From the NCBI RefSeq assembly GCF_964204645.1, contig NC_134030.1:16740110-16804109 (forward strand): a stretch of DNA of 64,000 nucleotides. The letters run 5' to 3'. Source of the DNA: Tubulanus polymorphus. Its lineage: Eukaryota; Animalia; Nemertea. The translations under genes were made by a program, and so were the position numbers. Shown in pieces: positions 13,075 to 25,578 of this stretch (position 1 is its first letter; each line of letters starts with the position of its first letter). Below the pieces are notes generated by a model. The model did not search any database. It was not told where the DNA came from and saw only the letters and a program-made list of their open reading frames with translations.

Positions 13075-16000
13075 GTTTAGCACCTCTATCATTGATATTA
13101 TATCCAGATCTTTCAAATATAGGTTTGAAATTATAAATATATTCATTATATTCTAAATTTTGTTTTACTAAATCTGGATTCTCATTTTCCGGATTTATTC
13201 TCGATTTAGTTCTTCTCTCAAATTCATCTGTTGATGGGCCTTTAGACCCACTATCTGCTAAATTAGAACTATATGCTGTTTCATCATCATTATCAATATT
13301 AGTTTCAGCATCATTATAATCATCATCAATATACCCATCATTATTATTTCCCACGTCTTCCATTTCATAATCTTCTCCACCTTCTACTTCCATTTATATC
13401 TTATAAAACAAATTAAAATTTAAAATATAATATTCCTCCTATTACAATTCCTATACAAGTTATAGCTAATTTAGTATTTTCATGTGAGATACTATCATTA
13501 TTAGTTTTAATTATATCATGTTGAATAATATCAGTTTTTAAATTTTCTGATGTATTGTAATCTTTTATTTTAGAATCATTATCCAATTTGATATTCTTAG
13601 TTTTAGTTTCTGTTGATTGAATATGTTTTTTAATTTTTTCACCTTCCATTAATTTTGGAGCAGTGATAATCTTTTTATTTATATCATTTAATCCAAACTT
13701 ATTATGTATTGTTGCAGTCTTAATTAGATTATCATAACCAATTATATTTTCCATTTCTAATATTAAATCATCAGAAATGATTAATAGATTAGGTCATATA
13801 CAATAATTTAATCTTACATGAGATTTATCTAAATAATTTTGGTACCTAACTATGTTTTCTGGAATCGATCTATTTTTATCATCAAGAATTGAATCTTCAA
13901 ATAATACTTTGAATTGTTTTTGTGTATCAAATGATGTATTTAAATTTCCAACTATTGGGGATCTTGTTTCAACTTGTGCACCTAGAATACATATCAAATA
14001 AGTTCTAATTGATTGATTTATTCTTTGTATACCAGCTTTAGTAAATCCTTCACTATTATCTAAAATAAAATAAACCCAACCATTATTGTTTTCTTTTTTT
14101 AAATTATCATAGAATTTCGGTAATTGATTGAAATTTAATGTTTCTAAATGCTTAGTTTCTATTTGACCATTACCTAATTTATTATTATAGATATTGTTAT
14201 AACTATTAATTGGCATGGGAATTGCACAATATTCTGCAATCTTTTTAGGGCAAGGAAGTGATCTTATTGTTCCAATTTTAGTTCTAAAATCAGAATTATT
14301 TATATTTATGTGAAATTCATTACAAATTTTATAAAACTTTGATAAATTAATATTATTATCTAATTCTTTAAAATATCTAGGTCCCGGTAAAGGAGTCTCT
14401 AATTCATTTAATATTAATCATATTTGAAAGTATGTATGAAATCTAAATAAACTTTGAATCAATTTATATTTTGAATTATTCAAATGATCATTCCAACTAA
14501 TTCCACATCCTGTTATTGCACAATAAACTGCAAAATTTAATTGGTTCTGCCAATACTTCATCTTAGATTTTAATAACCATTGTTTTTCATCTTTCAATTT
14601 TTAAAAATTAATTATATATACATGAAATATATTTTCCATCTTTGCATTAGAATTATTAGTTTCAGTAACATAAATACCTAAATTAATTAATTAATTTAAA
14701 ACTTCATTTCTATATGAAATATCTTTATGGAAATCTATTGCAGGAATATTATAAAAAAAATTAATAATTAATTAATTCTTTTAATAATTTATCTTGTTCT
14801 TCAACGGTTATATTACTATTTAAACTTATTATATAATCTAGTGTATTCTTTAATTTATTAATTTCTTTTATATTAGATTTTATTTTTTCTTTATTACCTT
14901 TTATATTTAATTTTGAACTTATTCCGGTTAATACACTTGATGATAATCCTAGCACGCCAATTGATATAGCTAAAGGTGTTTATAGCGAAAATATTGCTAA
15001 AAATGTTATTACAGAACTAATTGTAACTGAACCACTAATGATAAAATAATATATAATTTTAGATTTTAAATATTTTTTCTTTTTTATCTTTAAGTCACTT
15101 TCAAATTCTAATATTTGCTCTTCAAAATATGATTTTAATTTATTTTTATTTATATCATGAGGAATAATATCATTATTATCAACTTTATCATCCATTAATT
15201 TAAAAAAAAATTACTAATTAGTCAATTTATATGCTACAAATTATAACAATAACTGTTCCACCTAAAATCCAAATTATTTCATATTTTTGTTGTTCTTTAC
15301 TTGGGTTATAATAATCTGATAATTAAGTTTGAATAGATGTAATTTTTCTTGTATTTGTTACTGCGTTATATAAACTCACTGCATCATCGACTGATTAAAA
15401 ATCTATGTGTAATTTTCTGGTTATATAATTCTTTGTTAATATAATCCATATAGTTTTGTCTCTTTTCTCTATATTCTTCTGCAGCTATATTTCTCTAATG
15501 CTAAGTTATGTCTTCTTTGTTCTCCTAATGAACTATTTTTATCAATATAAATAACCACCAGTTTAAATAAATAACCACCACCAGTAAATGCTAAAGCGTT
15601 AACAATTGCCGATCCTATAATAGTTATAATTGCAGATGCCATTTATTAAGCAAAAAAATTACGCATTTATATAGGAGGAATATATTTTTGTTTTTCCAAA
15701 TAATCAATTGTTAAATTAGATAATGTAACTACTAATGTTAATTTTAAGATATCATTTATATCAAATCTATCAACATTAACACTTCCCATTCTTAATACTT
15801 TTTTTAACACCATTGTATAACCAACAGTTCCAACTGATAATAATGCTCCATTATATAACACAGTATCATCCACTTATTATCACTCATTTATTTATAAAAA
15901 AAATTACTATCTTCAAAATATTTAGTTAACTTAGTTAAAATTATTTCAACATTTATGTCATTACTTCTTGTATGATTATCATAAATATTAGATAACATAT

Positions 16001-16202
16001 CTTTAATATCATCGATAATTCCATCTTCATTTAATTCATAATATTCTAAAGGCGTTTTGATTAAATCAATTACTTTTTCTATATTATAATTAAATGATTT
16101 ACGTTTAATATCAGTAATTACATCATTTAGTTTAATTCTCATTACTTTACCATGTTTAAAATCAAACCCAAAACATATACTCGGTCCAACAGTTATATTC
16201 AT
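13075..16202 (-). pseudogene. P2 structural/membrane gene block (homologs of 30771-34000), fragmented
   Basis: ORF pieces 12989-13393, 13413-13754, 13794-14216, 14761-15195, 15667-15873 and 15888-16202 match P4 proteins. Confidence 0.8.
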
Positions 16203-16218
16203 TTATATATAAAAAAAA

Positions 16219-16979
16219 TTACTCTTTACATCTTATAAGTAATTCATATATCACAGGAAAGTTTTTCAAATAAATTAAGTATCCATTATGATTTCTAATA
16301 TTTCTAATCTAAAATTATTAAATTGAGGAATGCATAGTTTGAAATCACATTCTGTTAAATTATAATTTATTTGAGTTCCAAATTCTTTAACATTCTTCAA
16401 TGGTAGAATATTTAATAAACCAGAATTACAAATTGTATCTTTAGTTGCTTCAAATGTCTTAGTAGGATCAATTAAATTGCAATAAATATAAAAGTGCGTA
16501 AAAGGTATTAAGTTTGGTGTAGCACCAACATTTGTAAAAGATCTATCTTGAGGAAGTCCTTACAGTTTAGCTATAGGTTTTTTTACCATAAATTTATGTT
16601 TTTTAATATAAGACAACCTTATCTTTATTTTATCAGAACTCTCACTTTTTAAAAATCTAATACTAAACCCGGAATTACTACCTAATTTGTGCCCGGCTTT
16701 TCTATTAATTTCTTGTGATAATGTATCTAAATTATATAACCTCGGTTTTAAATATGTATAGGACCATTCATTTTTATTTTCATTACAAATTAAAAAGGCT
16801 CTATGTTCAATAGTTTTATTCGATATATTGTAAAATGAGTTACATAAACTAATATTTACTAATTTTAAATCTACACAATTTTTAAATTCTCTATCTAATT
16901 GTACTAGTAAATTATGTGATTTATAATTTGTAAGTCTTCTAGAATCAACAAATATTCTGTATTCTTTTAATTCTACCAT
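16219..16979 (-). pseudogene. P2 minor capsid protein (penton), disrupted
   Basis: Homolog of 23736-24494 with a stop at 16560. Confidence 0.75.
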
Positions 16980-17368
16980 TTATTTTACATATTTTATTCG
17001 AAATCTATATCATGGTGCCCTTTTTCATTCTTACCTTTGTATATGAAATAGAAATCACCAGAACATAATTCTTCTAAATCTTCACTTGATAATCTATGAA
17101 ATCTATCTGGTAAAAAAGTTCTGAATTTATATGTATTTCCTTTTAATCCATCATATTCTAAGTGGATAACTAATTTACTACCATATCTATCAGTAACTGT
17201 ATCAATATTTGTAATTAAATATTTCTTATGAATTGTTAACTCTGTTGAATTTATAATCTACTGATTTGACATTTGAAGTATCTTTGATTCTATCTAGAAA
17301 TGATTTGTTGTTCTCACTTTGTACTTGTTTACTCTCCATTTATAATACATATTTTTATTAAAATTTGA

Positions 17369-20300
17369 TTATCACGTTACAATCCTGTTCATTATTTCCC
17401 TCTCTTTTGTTTCTTCTCTTTTAGATTTTAAGTATTTATCTTAATTGCAACCATAAGCAACTGTGTGTATACCATCATCTAAAATATATCTTTTATCATC
17501 GAAAGGATTCAAACTCATCTTCTCTATCTCTTCAATAAACATTCCATGATCTTCTGATCTTAAACATTTCATCTTATGTTTGAAATGAATATTTTTTTCT
17601 ACTACACTTTTGGTAATTCCTTTAAACCTTTTATAGCTTCATGAGTTTTAGTTTTATATGAATACATTTTAGACCTAATACCTATAAATTCTATCATTTC
17701 TTCACCTCCTAATTAATCTTTGAATTTACCGGCGCCTTTTGTTAAAGAATTCATGATCTTTAGGATAATTACTAAAATCAAAATGATGTTTTAATGTTTT
17801 TAAATCATCCGTTATATTATTAGTTTTAATCTTTAATATGTACGCATCAGTATCAAAGTATAGAATTTCTATATGTTTTTCTCCGATGAGGTTGTAATAC
17901 ATTATAGTAAAATTCATACATTAGTAATTTTGATATTTCTAAAACTGAAACACCAACATAAATTGGTTTATTAAATTTCATAGAAGTTCTCCTCATTTTA
18001 ACTGCAGCTAAATTTTCATCAAATATTCTGTTACCGATTAATTTAGGATATGATTGTAAATGTCTAATTCTTTTACCATTACTAACTAACTCAATATAAT
18101 TTCTATTTCTAATATTTTCAAGTTTTTCCATAGAATGCATTATTCATTAGTTTGAAGAAATCTTTCTCAAAATCAATTTTAGCTTTAGTTCTCTGTTTGG
18201 TGTTAAAATCTATATATTTTTCTAACCATATAGATTGATTGAATGAAATAAATCTATGTACTTTTTTTAGAACCATTCCTTGATTCAAATAGAATTTTAA
18301 CATCCGATAATGTACTACATAATTATATTTATCTTCCTGAGTTACCATTAACTTTTCTGTATGATTATGATTTTCGGGTTTAATTCTTTTTTGGTAATTT
18401 GATAATTCTTCATGTGTTACAGTTTTATATTCGGGGCAGTATGCTAGATTTCTAGATTTAAAGTTAATGTTTTCAGGGTATTCTAAATCTACAACAAAGA
18501 AGTAACCAGAATCTGAATCATCTGCAATATCTAGAATTCTTTACTTCCAATCAAATTTATTATTATTTTCATGTTGTAAAACTTCACTTATTTCAAATAT
18601 CCCACAAGGCTGAGGCTCCATCTTTGCCCAACCATATAGATTATTTGCATCTATATATAATAACTTATAACCAGGGTTATCATTTACATTGAAATATCTA
18701 TCACCTTATACACTCGAAACTCCTCCTCTTATAGATTTTTCAAATAATAATAATTGATCTGTATTTGTTCACAAATCCATTTTTATATCTGTAAGTTTCA
18801 AACCACAGTCCCAGGTTAAACCTGGACTAGAATAACAATTGCATGGATCAATATTGAAATATTTTAGATTTACATCTCTAAACCTTTCAAATATATCAGT
18901 TAATAATAATACATCGGATTTTAGATATAAATCTACTAATTGTCCATGATTTTTCATTCCAAAATGATTCCAAATATTCAATGTTCTATTATAGACTTCA
19001 TCTTTAACATATTCATTTTTTAATTCATCATGGAATTGTTCTTTTAATAATTCAGTTATATTGAAATCATTATGTGATTTATAAAATGAATATGGAATTG
19101 CTCCTTTATATCTCATTAATTAAAAATCATCATTATTTGGATAGTGTTACTTTAATATTTTTAATTCATCATCAACTAATGATTTTGATAAATTATCTAA
19201 TGAACTACTTAAAAATCTATATGAATCTATAAATCTTAGACACACAAATTGGAAAGATATATAATTCTCAGATGTTTTAGCTAACATTTTGAATTTATAA
19301 GTTCGTATTTTATCTTTTGATCTATTTGAATTTAATCTTTCTATTTCATTATTGATTTCTTCTATTTTATGGCATAGCTGTTTGATAAATAAATGAGCAT
19401 CATACCCTGATAAATTATGAAATATAACTGGAACAAAATTGATTTTCTTAGCTTGTAAGTTACAATTCTCATGCGCCGCACCTCTAAACTTTCCATTCAA
19501 ATGATCATGGTCTCTAACTTTTTTATCTTTTAGATTAAATGTCTTTTCACAATAAAAACATTTTTATCTGCAAACTAAAATTCTTCTTTATCTTCTTCTG
19601 TCATAATTATTTCTTTATTTTCATTTAATAGTTTACTAAATTTGATTTTATACTCAATTAATAAGTCAAAAAACGATTCATAATATTTTCATTTCTATAA
19701 TTATAATATTCACTTTTGATTAGTTCTGGATAATCAGATTTTATATATAATCCAAAAGCTGCAGCTGATTGATGAATTTTTTTAATTGTATTTGTTATTG
19801 GAGGATCTGAATAATCAATGACACCAGAATTTAATGATTTTCATAATATAATATATCTATAAAACCATTTGAATCATAATATTTTGATAAATACAAAGGT
19901 TCTAATGTATAATGTTTAATTTTATCACCTTTTGTATTTGGTAATTTGATTAAATCAAATACATCTATTTTTAGATTATTATCTCTTTCTATTTGTGGTA
20001 TTTGTTTAATTCTAACAGGATAATTGTCTATCTTATAATTATTTTCAAATTGTTTATAATTTGATACTCTACAAATATTATCAGTTGCAGGATTTAAACA
20101 ACTTATAATTGTCCATAGAAAACATTTATCATCAGATTTTGTACATTTATAACGGCATTAGCTTTAAATAGTAGTTTGATATAACTCGATGCTTCAATAT
20201 CTGGTTCTTTATGATATGATAAATTATTTTCATCTATTGGTTTTGATTTAGTTAATTTATTATATTTTGTATTGTACACGTGTAAAGTCATAAATATTAT

Positions 20301-21043
20301 TTCATCAAATATTAAACCAGATCCTTCAAAATATTTCTCTTCTGTTTTACTTTTTATATCATTATAACATCTATTTAATTTTTCATCTATATGTTGTTTT
20401 GAAATAATATGTTGTGAATGAGAATTTGTATTATAAATTGGTTTATCTTCAGATTTTATAAATTTAACTTTAGAAGATATACTAATTTTAGGATATTCTA
20501 CGTCTGTCATTATTCTTATAATATTTTTCATATTTTCTAAATGTTTTTTATTTTCTTCTAATGTTTTACCTTTATGAAATTTAAACTCGATAGCAGCTGG
20601 GCCAATATCACTTGTAAATGCTTCAGTTATCTCGATTTCTTTTTTATTATCTAATGAATTAATATAATTTCTAACATCTTCCATGTATGGTCTTTTATTG
20701 TTTAATTCATTTTTATTCTATTAATTGTCTTCTGTTTCTTATCATTATCTTTATCAAAATAATCTTCACCTAAAATATCATTATTAATATTTCTAATATG
20801 ACTTTTAGATTTTAAATGTTCTTTATAATATCTTTTATCACTGAAAGATTGATTACATGTATCACATTTATATTTTTCTTTTTCATTCTTCAATTCATCT
20901 AATTTAGTTTCTAATCTATCTTCTTTATATTTTAACTTTAATTTATTTTCTAAGTGAGATTCAGTTTTATTATCACTTGCTTTTTGAGATTTATCTATAT
21001 TGATTTTACATGTCGGGCAGTAGTACTTCTTATTTGCTTCCAT
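17369..21043 (-). pseudogene. polB: P2 protein-primed family B DNA polymerase, fragmented
   Basis: Seven or more ORF fragments collinear with 25579-29610 (KLMNNAFYGKT, YFDTD). Confidence 0.92.
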
Positions 21044-21115
21044 TATGATATCAATTTTTTTATTAAAATTGATTTTAGAAGTTATTCATATATAAAATAT
21101 TCATTTATAAAAAAA

Positions 21116-21951
21116 TGACAGAGCGGATTCCTCGATTTGATTCATTAACGGCGACGAGAGCTGCTCCCTCCGCTTAACCGCAGCCTCAAAGATGGTCTCG
21201 TTTAATCAGTCGAAATTCTCCGCCGACGCCGTATATCACTGTCATAGACAGGTGTCTGGAAATGCCACCTGACCAGCTCCCCAGCTACCACTAAATAAAC
21301 GGAGTGAAATATTTCTATAATATAAAAACCAGTTCATTTTGCGCAAACAATAATTCGATCTCAACAGATCGAATCACATATAAATAATGATCATAATTCC
21401 ACAAAGTCTTAATATCTATTTTACTAGCCTTAGATACGATTATTTAACATTATCCTTAATAATAATAACCAGAGTAGTGCATTTCCTATATACAATCTAA
21501 TTCTATCATAATTATAGACATAATATGTATTTCACAAACCCCCATCTACCATACCCTAAAGCAACCATTTATTATATCAAGACACCATTTTGAAAGCCAA
21601 GGTCACACAAAACCCCGGGAAAACTCCGGAAAGTTTAACACAAAAGTAACTATAAATCCATAATATATTCCATAATACGACGGCCTCTATGAAAAACCAT
21701 ACACTTATATAACAGTTTATCATCATCACTTACCTAAATAAACGGAGTGAAATATTTCTATAATATAAAAACCAGTTTATTTTGCGCAAACAATAATTCG
21801 ATCTCAACAGATCGAATCACATATAAATAATGATAATAAACACGGGTTTCCGGTTGGCACGACGACAACCCCTAGGCCGGCGCCACTAGACAGTTCATAC
21901 AACTGAAAAACCAAACTCCGCATCGGAGAAGTCCACAACTCACCCTGTGAC
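21116..21951. other. Unclassified ~0.8-kb insertion between the P2 polB start and its terminal hairpin, with a ~100-bp internal direct repeat; possible LTR remnant
   Basis: Direct repeat at about 21291-21393 and 21734-21833; TGTCA at 21240 and TGACA ending at 21951; absent from P3 and P4. Confidence 0.4.
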
Positions 21952-21962
21952 AAAAATATTAG

Positions 21963-22081
21963 AGTAATTGTATAAATAGGGTTCCAGATTAAAGGTTGAG
22001 AGGGTGAGTGAGTAAAAAATGAAAAATTTTCATTTTTCATGAGCTCGACCTTTGATCTGAACCCCTATTTATACAATTACT
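21963..22081. repeat. P2 terminal fold-back hairpin (119 nt)
   Basis: AGTAATTGTATAAATAGGG...CCCTATTTATACAATTACT. Confidence 0.85.
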
Positions 22082-22189
22082 TATATATACGTAGTTACAC
22101 AAAATAAAAGTTAGGTAAAATAATTCAAATATTAGTTAGTTGAAAGGGATTTATTCGAGCTCATGAAAGAGGACATCATGGTTATAAAG

Positions 22190-22371
22190 TAACGTCATAC
22201 AAACGTTATTGGAACGTTTTATCAAGCTCAATGGTTGCAGAGAGGTTGTGAAGTAACGTTCAGTCAACGTTATCAAAAACGTTCTGTGAACCTTAAAATA
22301 CATTTACAAAAAAACATTATAAAAACGTTGCACGAACGTTCAACATTAACGTTAAAACGTTAGTGAAAAAC
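22190..22371. repeat. AACGTT-rich array, probably a non-autonomous DNA transposon fragment, at the P3 breakpoint
   Basis: About nine AACGTT hexamers within 180 bp. Confidence 0.5.
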
Positions 22372-23389
22372 TTTTATATTAGTTTTAATTTTTTCTTTAT
22401 TACTTTTTATATTTAATTTTGAACTTATACCAGTTAAAACACTTGAACTTAATCCTAACACACCAATTGATATAGCTAAAGGTGTTAATGGTGAAAATAT
22501 TGCTAAAAATGTTATTACAGAACTAATTGTAACCGAACCACTGATAATAAAATAATATATAATTTTACTTTTTAAATATTTTTTCTCTTTTATCTTTAAG
22601 TCACGTTCAAATTCTAATATTTGTTTTTCTAAATATATTTTCAATTTAGTTTTATTTATATCATGAGGAATAATATCAATATTATCAACTTTATCATCCA
22701 TTTATTTAGCAAAAAATTACTAATTAGTAAATTTATATGCTACAAATATAACAATAACTGTTCCGCCTAAAATCCATATTATTTCATATTTCTATTGTTC
22801 TTTACTCGGGGTATAAAAATCTGTTAATTTAGGTTTGTATAGATGTAATTTTTCTTTATTGGTTACCGCGTTATATAAACTCATTGCATCATCAACTGAT
22901 TGAAAATCTCTATGTGAAATCTTCTGATCATATAATTCTTTGTTAATATAATCCATATAGTTTTGTCTTTTTTCTCTATATTCTTCTGCTGCTTTATTGT
23001 ATTTTTCTAATGCTAAGTTATGTCTTCTTTGTTCTCCTAATGAACTATTTTTATCAATATGCTTAAATAAATAACCACCACCAGTAAATGCTAAAGCGTT
23101 TACAATTGCCGATCCTATAATAGTTATAATTGCAGAAGCCATTTATTTAGCAAAAAAAATTATGCATTTATATGGGAGGAATATATTTTTGTTTTTCCAA
23201 ATAATCAATTGTTAAATTAGATAAAGTAACTGCTAATAATAATTTTAAGATATCATTTATATCAAATCTATCAACATTAACACTTCCCATTTTAAATACT
23301 TTTTTTAATACCATTGAATAACCAACAGTTCCAACTGATAGTAATGCTCCATTATATAATCCAGTTATTATCCACTTATTATCACTCAT
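22372..23389 (-). CDS. P3 three small hydrophobic proteins (73 aa intact; 140-aa and 144-aa homologs disrupted or truncated)
   Basis: ORFs 23168-23389, 22792-23142 and 22360-22701 match P4 31127-32249. Confidence 0.75.
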
Positions 23390-23735
23390 TTATTTATCAA
23401 AAAAATTACTATCTTCAAAATATTTAGTTATCTTAGTGATGATTAATTCAACATTTATTTCATTACTAGTTTCATTTGTATATATTTCAATTATTATTTT
23501 TTTAATATCATCGATGATAGAATCTTCATCTAATTCATAAAATCTTGAAGATTCTCTAATTAAATTAGTAATCTATTGTTTTTTCATACTCAAATGTTGT
23601 TTCATTAGAAAATGCAATATTTTTAATATGTATAATTACATCATTAATGTTAAATTTCATTTCTTTCTCACGTTTAAAATCAAATCCAAAACATATGCTC
23701 GGTCCAACAGTTATATTCATTTATATATCAAAAAA

Positions 23736-24494
23736 TTACTCTTTACATCTTATAACTAATTCACAAATTACAGGAAAGTTATTCAAATCAATTAAATATC
23801 CATTGTGATTTCTTACTTCTAACTTAAAATTGTTAAAATGTGGAATACAAGGTTTAAAATCACACTCAGCTAAATTATAATTTATTTGAGTTCCAAATTG
23901 TTTAACATTCTTCAATGGTAAAATATTTAATATACTAGAATTACAAATTGTATCTTTAGTTGCTTCAAATGTTTTTGTAGGGTCAATTAAATTGCAATAA
24001 GTATAAAAGTGTGTAAAAGGTATTAAGTTTGAATTAGCGTCTACGTTTCCTGTAACAGTATCTGGTTTAATTCCTAACAGTTTAGCTATTGGTTTTTTTA
24101 CTAAAAATGCATGTTTGTTTTCATCATCTATCTTTATTCTAATTTTATCAGAACTATCACTTTTTATGAACCTAATTGAAAATTTATCTTCACTTCTAAT
24201 TTTTAATCGTGCTCTCCGATAAATTTCTTGGGCTAATGTTTCTAAATCATATAATCCTGGTTTTAGAAATAGATGAAACCATTTATCTATATTTCTAATA
24301 TGAATTAGAAAGACTCTATGTTCAAGAGTTTTATCCGATATATTATAAAAAGAATTACATAAACTTATTTTAACTAATTTTAAATCAACACAATTCTTAA
24401 ATTCTCTATCTAATTGTACTAGTAAATTATGAGATTTATAATTTGTAAGTTTTCTTGAATCAACAAATATTCTATATTCTTTTAATTCTACCAT
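23736..24494 (-). CDS. P3 minor capsid protein (penton), intact 252 aa
   Basis: IFVDSR...ISLCNSFYNI...PGLY...YCNLI...ILP...EVRNHNG.LIDLN pattern of Polinton/virophage single jelly-roll pentons. Confidence 0.72.
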   Translation of the reverse strand: MVELKEYRIFVDSRKLTNYKSHNLLVQLDREFKNCVDLKLVKISLCNSFYNISDKTLEHRVFLIHIRNIDKWFHLFLKPGLYDLETLAQEIYRRARLKIRSEDKFSIRFIKSDSSDKIRIKIDDENKHAFLVKKPIAKLLGIKPDTVTGNVDANSNLIPFTHFYTYCNLIDPTKTFEATKDTICNSSILNILPLKNVKQFGTQINYNLAECDFKPCIPHFNNFKLEVRNHNGYLIDLNNFPVICELVIRCKE

Positions 24495-24894
24495 TTATTT
24501 TACATATTTTCTTATTCGAAATCTATTTCATGGTGCCCTTTTTCATTCTTACCCTTATATATGAAATAGAAATCACCTGAACATAATTCTTCTAGGTCTT
24601 CACTTCATAATCTATGAAATCTATCCGGTAAATATGTTCTGAATTTATATATATTTCCTTTTAATCCTTCATATTCTAAATGTATAACTAATTTATCTCC
24701 ATATTTGTTAGTAACTGTAACAATATTTGTAAATAGATATTTCTTATGGATTATTAATTCTTTTAACTTCTTAAATTTATAATCTACTGATTTGACATTT
24801 GAAATATCTTTTATTCTATCTAGAAATAATTTGTTGTACTCACTGTTTGCTTGTTTACTCTCCATTTTAATAACATATTTTTATTAAAATTTGA

Positions 24895-25229
24895 TTAACA
24901 CGTTAGAATCCTGTTCATAATCTCATTCTCTTTTGTTTCTTCTCTTTTAAATTTTAAGTATTCATCTAAATTACAACCATAAGCAACTGTGTGTATACCA
25001 TCATCTAAAATATATCTTTTATCATCAAATGGGTTTAGACTTATCTTCTCTATCTCTTCAATAAGCATTTCATGATCTTCAGATCTTAAACATCTCATCT
25101 TATGTTTTCTAACTTCTTCTTTGAATATACAATTGATGTAATCTTTGAAATGAATATTCTTTTCTACTACACTTTTGGTTATTCCTTTTAACTTTTTAGC
25201 TTCATGTTCTTTAGTTTTATATGAATACA
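24895..25229 (-). pseudogene. polB: P3 polB, C-terminal piece
   Basis: YSYKTKEHEAKKLKGI...FDDKRY; continues exactly from IRSKMY at 43371. Confidence 0.92.
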
Positions 25230-25498
25230 AGTAATAGGGATAATGGGCTTTCAGGCCAAAGGTCGAACGGTCGAGCTCGTAAAAAATGAAAAAACATAAA
25301 AATAATAACAATTTCTACTTGAATTACTCGCAAAACTCATAAAAATGAAAAATAAATTCTCACACGCTCGAATTTATTTTTCATTTTTATGAGTTTCACT
25401 CCTAATTCAAGTAGAAATTGTTATTATTTTTATGTTTTTTCATTTTTACTCACCCGCCCGTTCAACCTTTAGCCTGAAAGCCCATTATCCCTATTACT
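25230..25498. repeat. P4 left terminal fold-back hairpin (269 nt), within the left TIR
   Basis: AGTAATAGGGATAATGGGCTTTCAGG...CCTGAAAGCCCATTATCCCTATTACT; palindromic along its whole length. Confidence 0.95.
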
Positions 25499-25578
25499 CT
25501 TAAAATATTCATATATATGAATAAAATATAAATCATTGAACTTCTAAAATCAATTTTAATAAAAAATATAGTATTAAA

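Larger units (their letters stand above)
13075..22081 (-). mobile_element. Polinton copy P2, truncated and heavily degraded
   Basis: Terminal hairpin 21963-22081, then polB fragments, penton and small ORFs in the same order as P4; breaks off inside the homolog of 33672-35129. Confidence 0.88.

Noticed and set aside
24895-25311. 138-aa ORF as a real gene
   Set aside because: Chance fusion of the P4 hairpin sequence to the severed P3 polB C-terminus.
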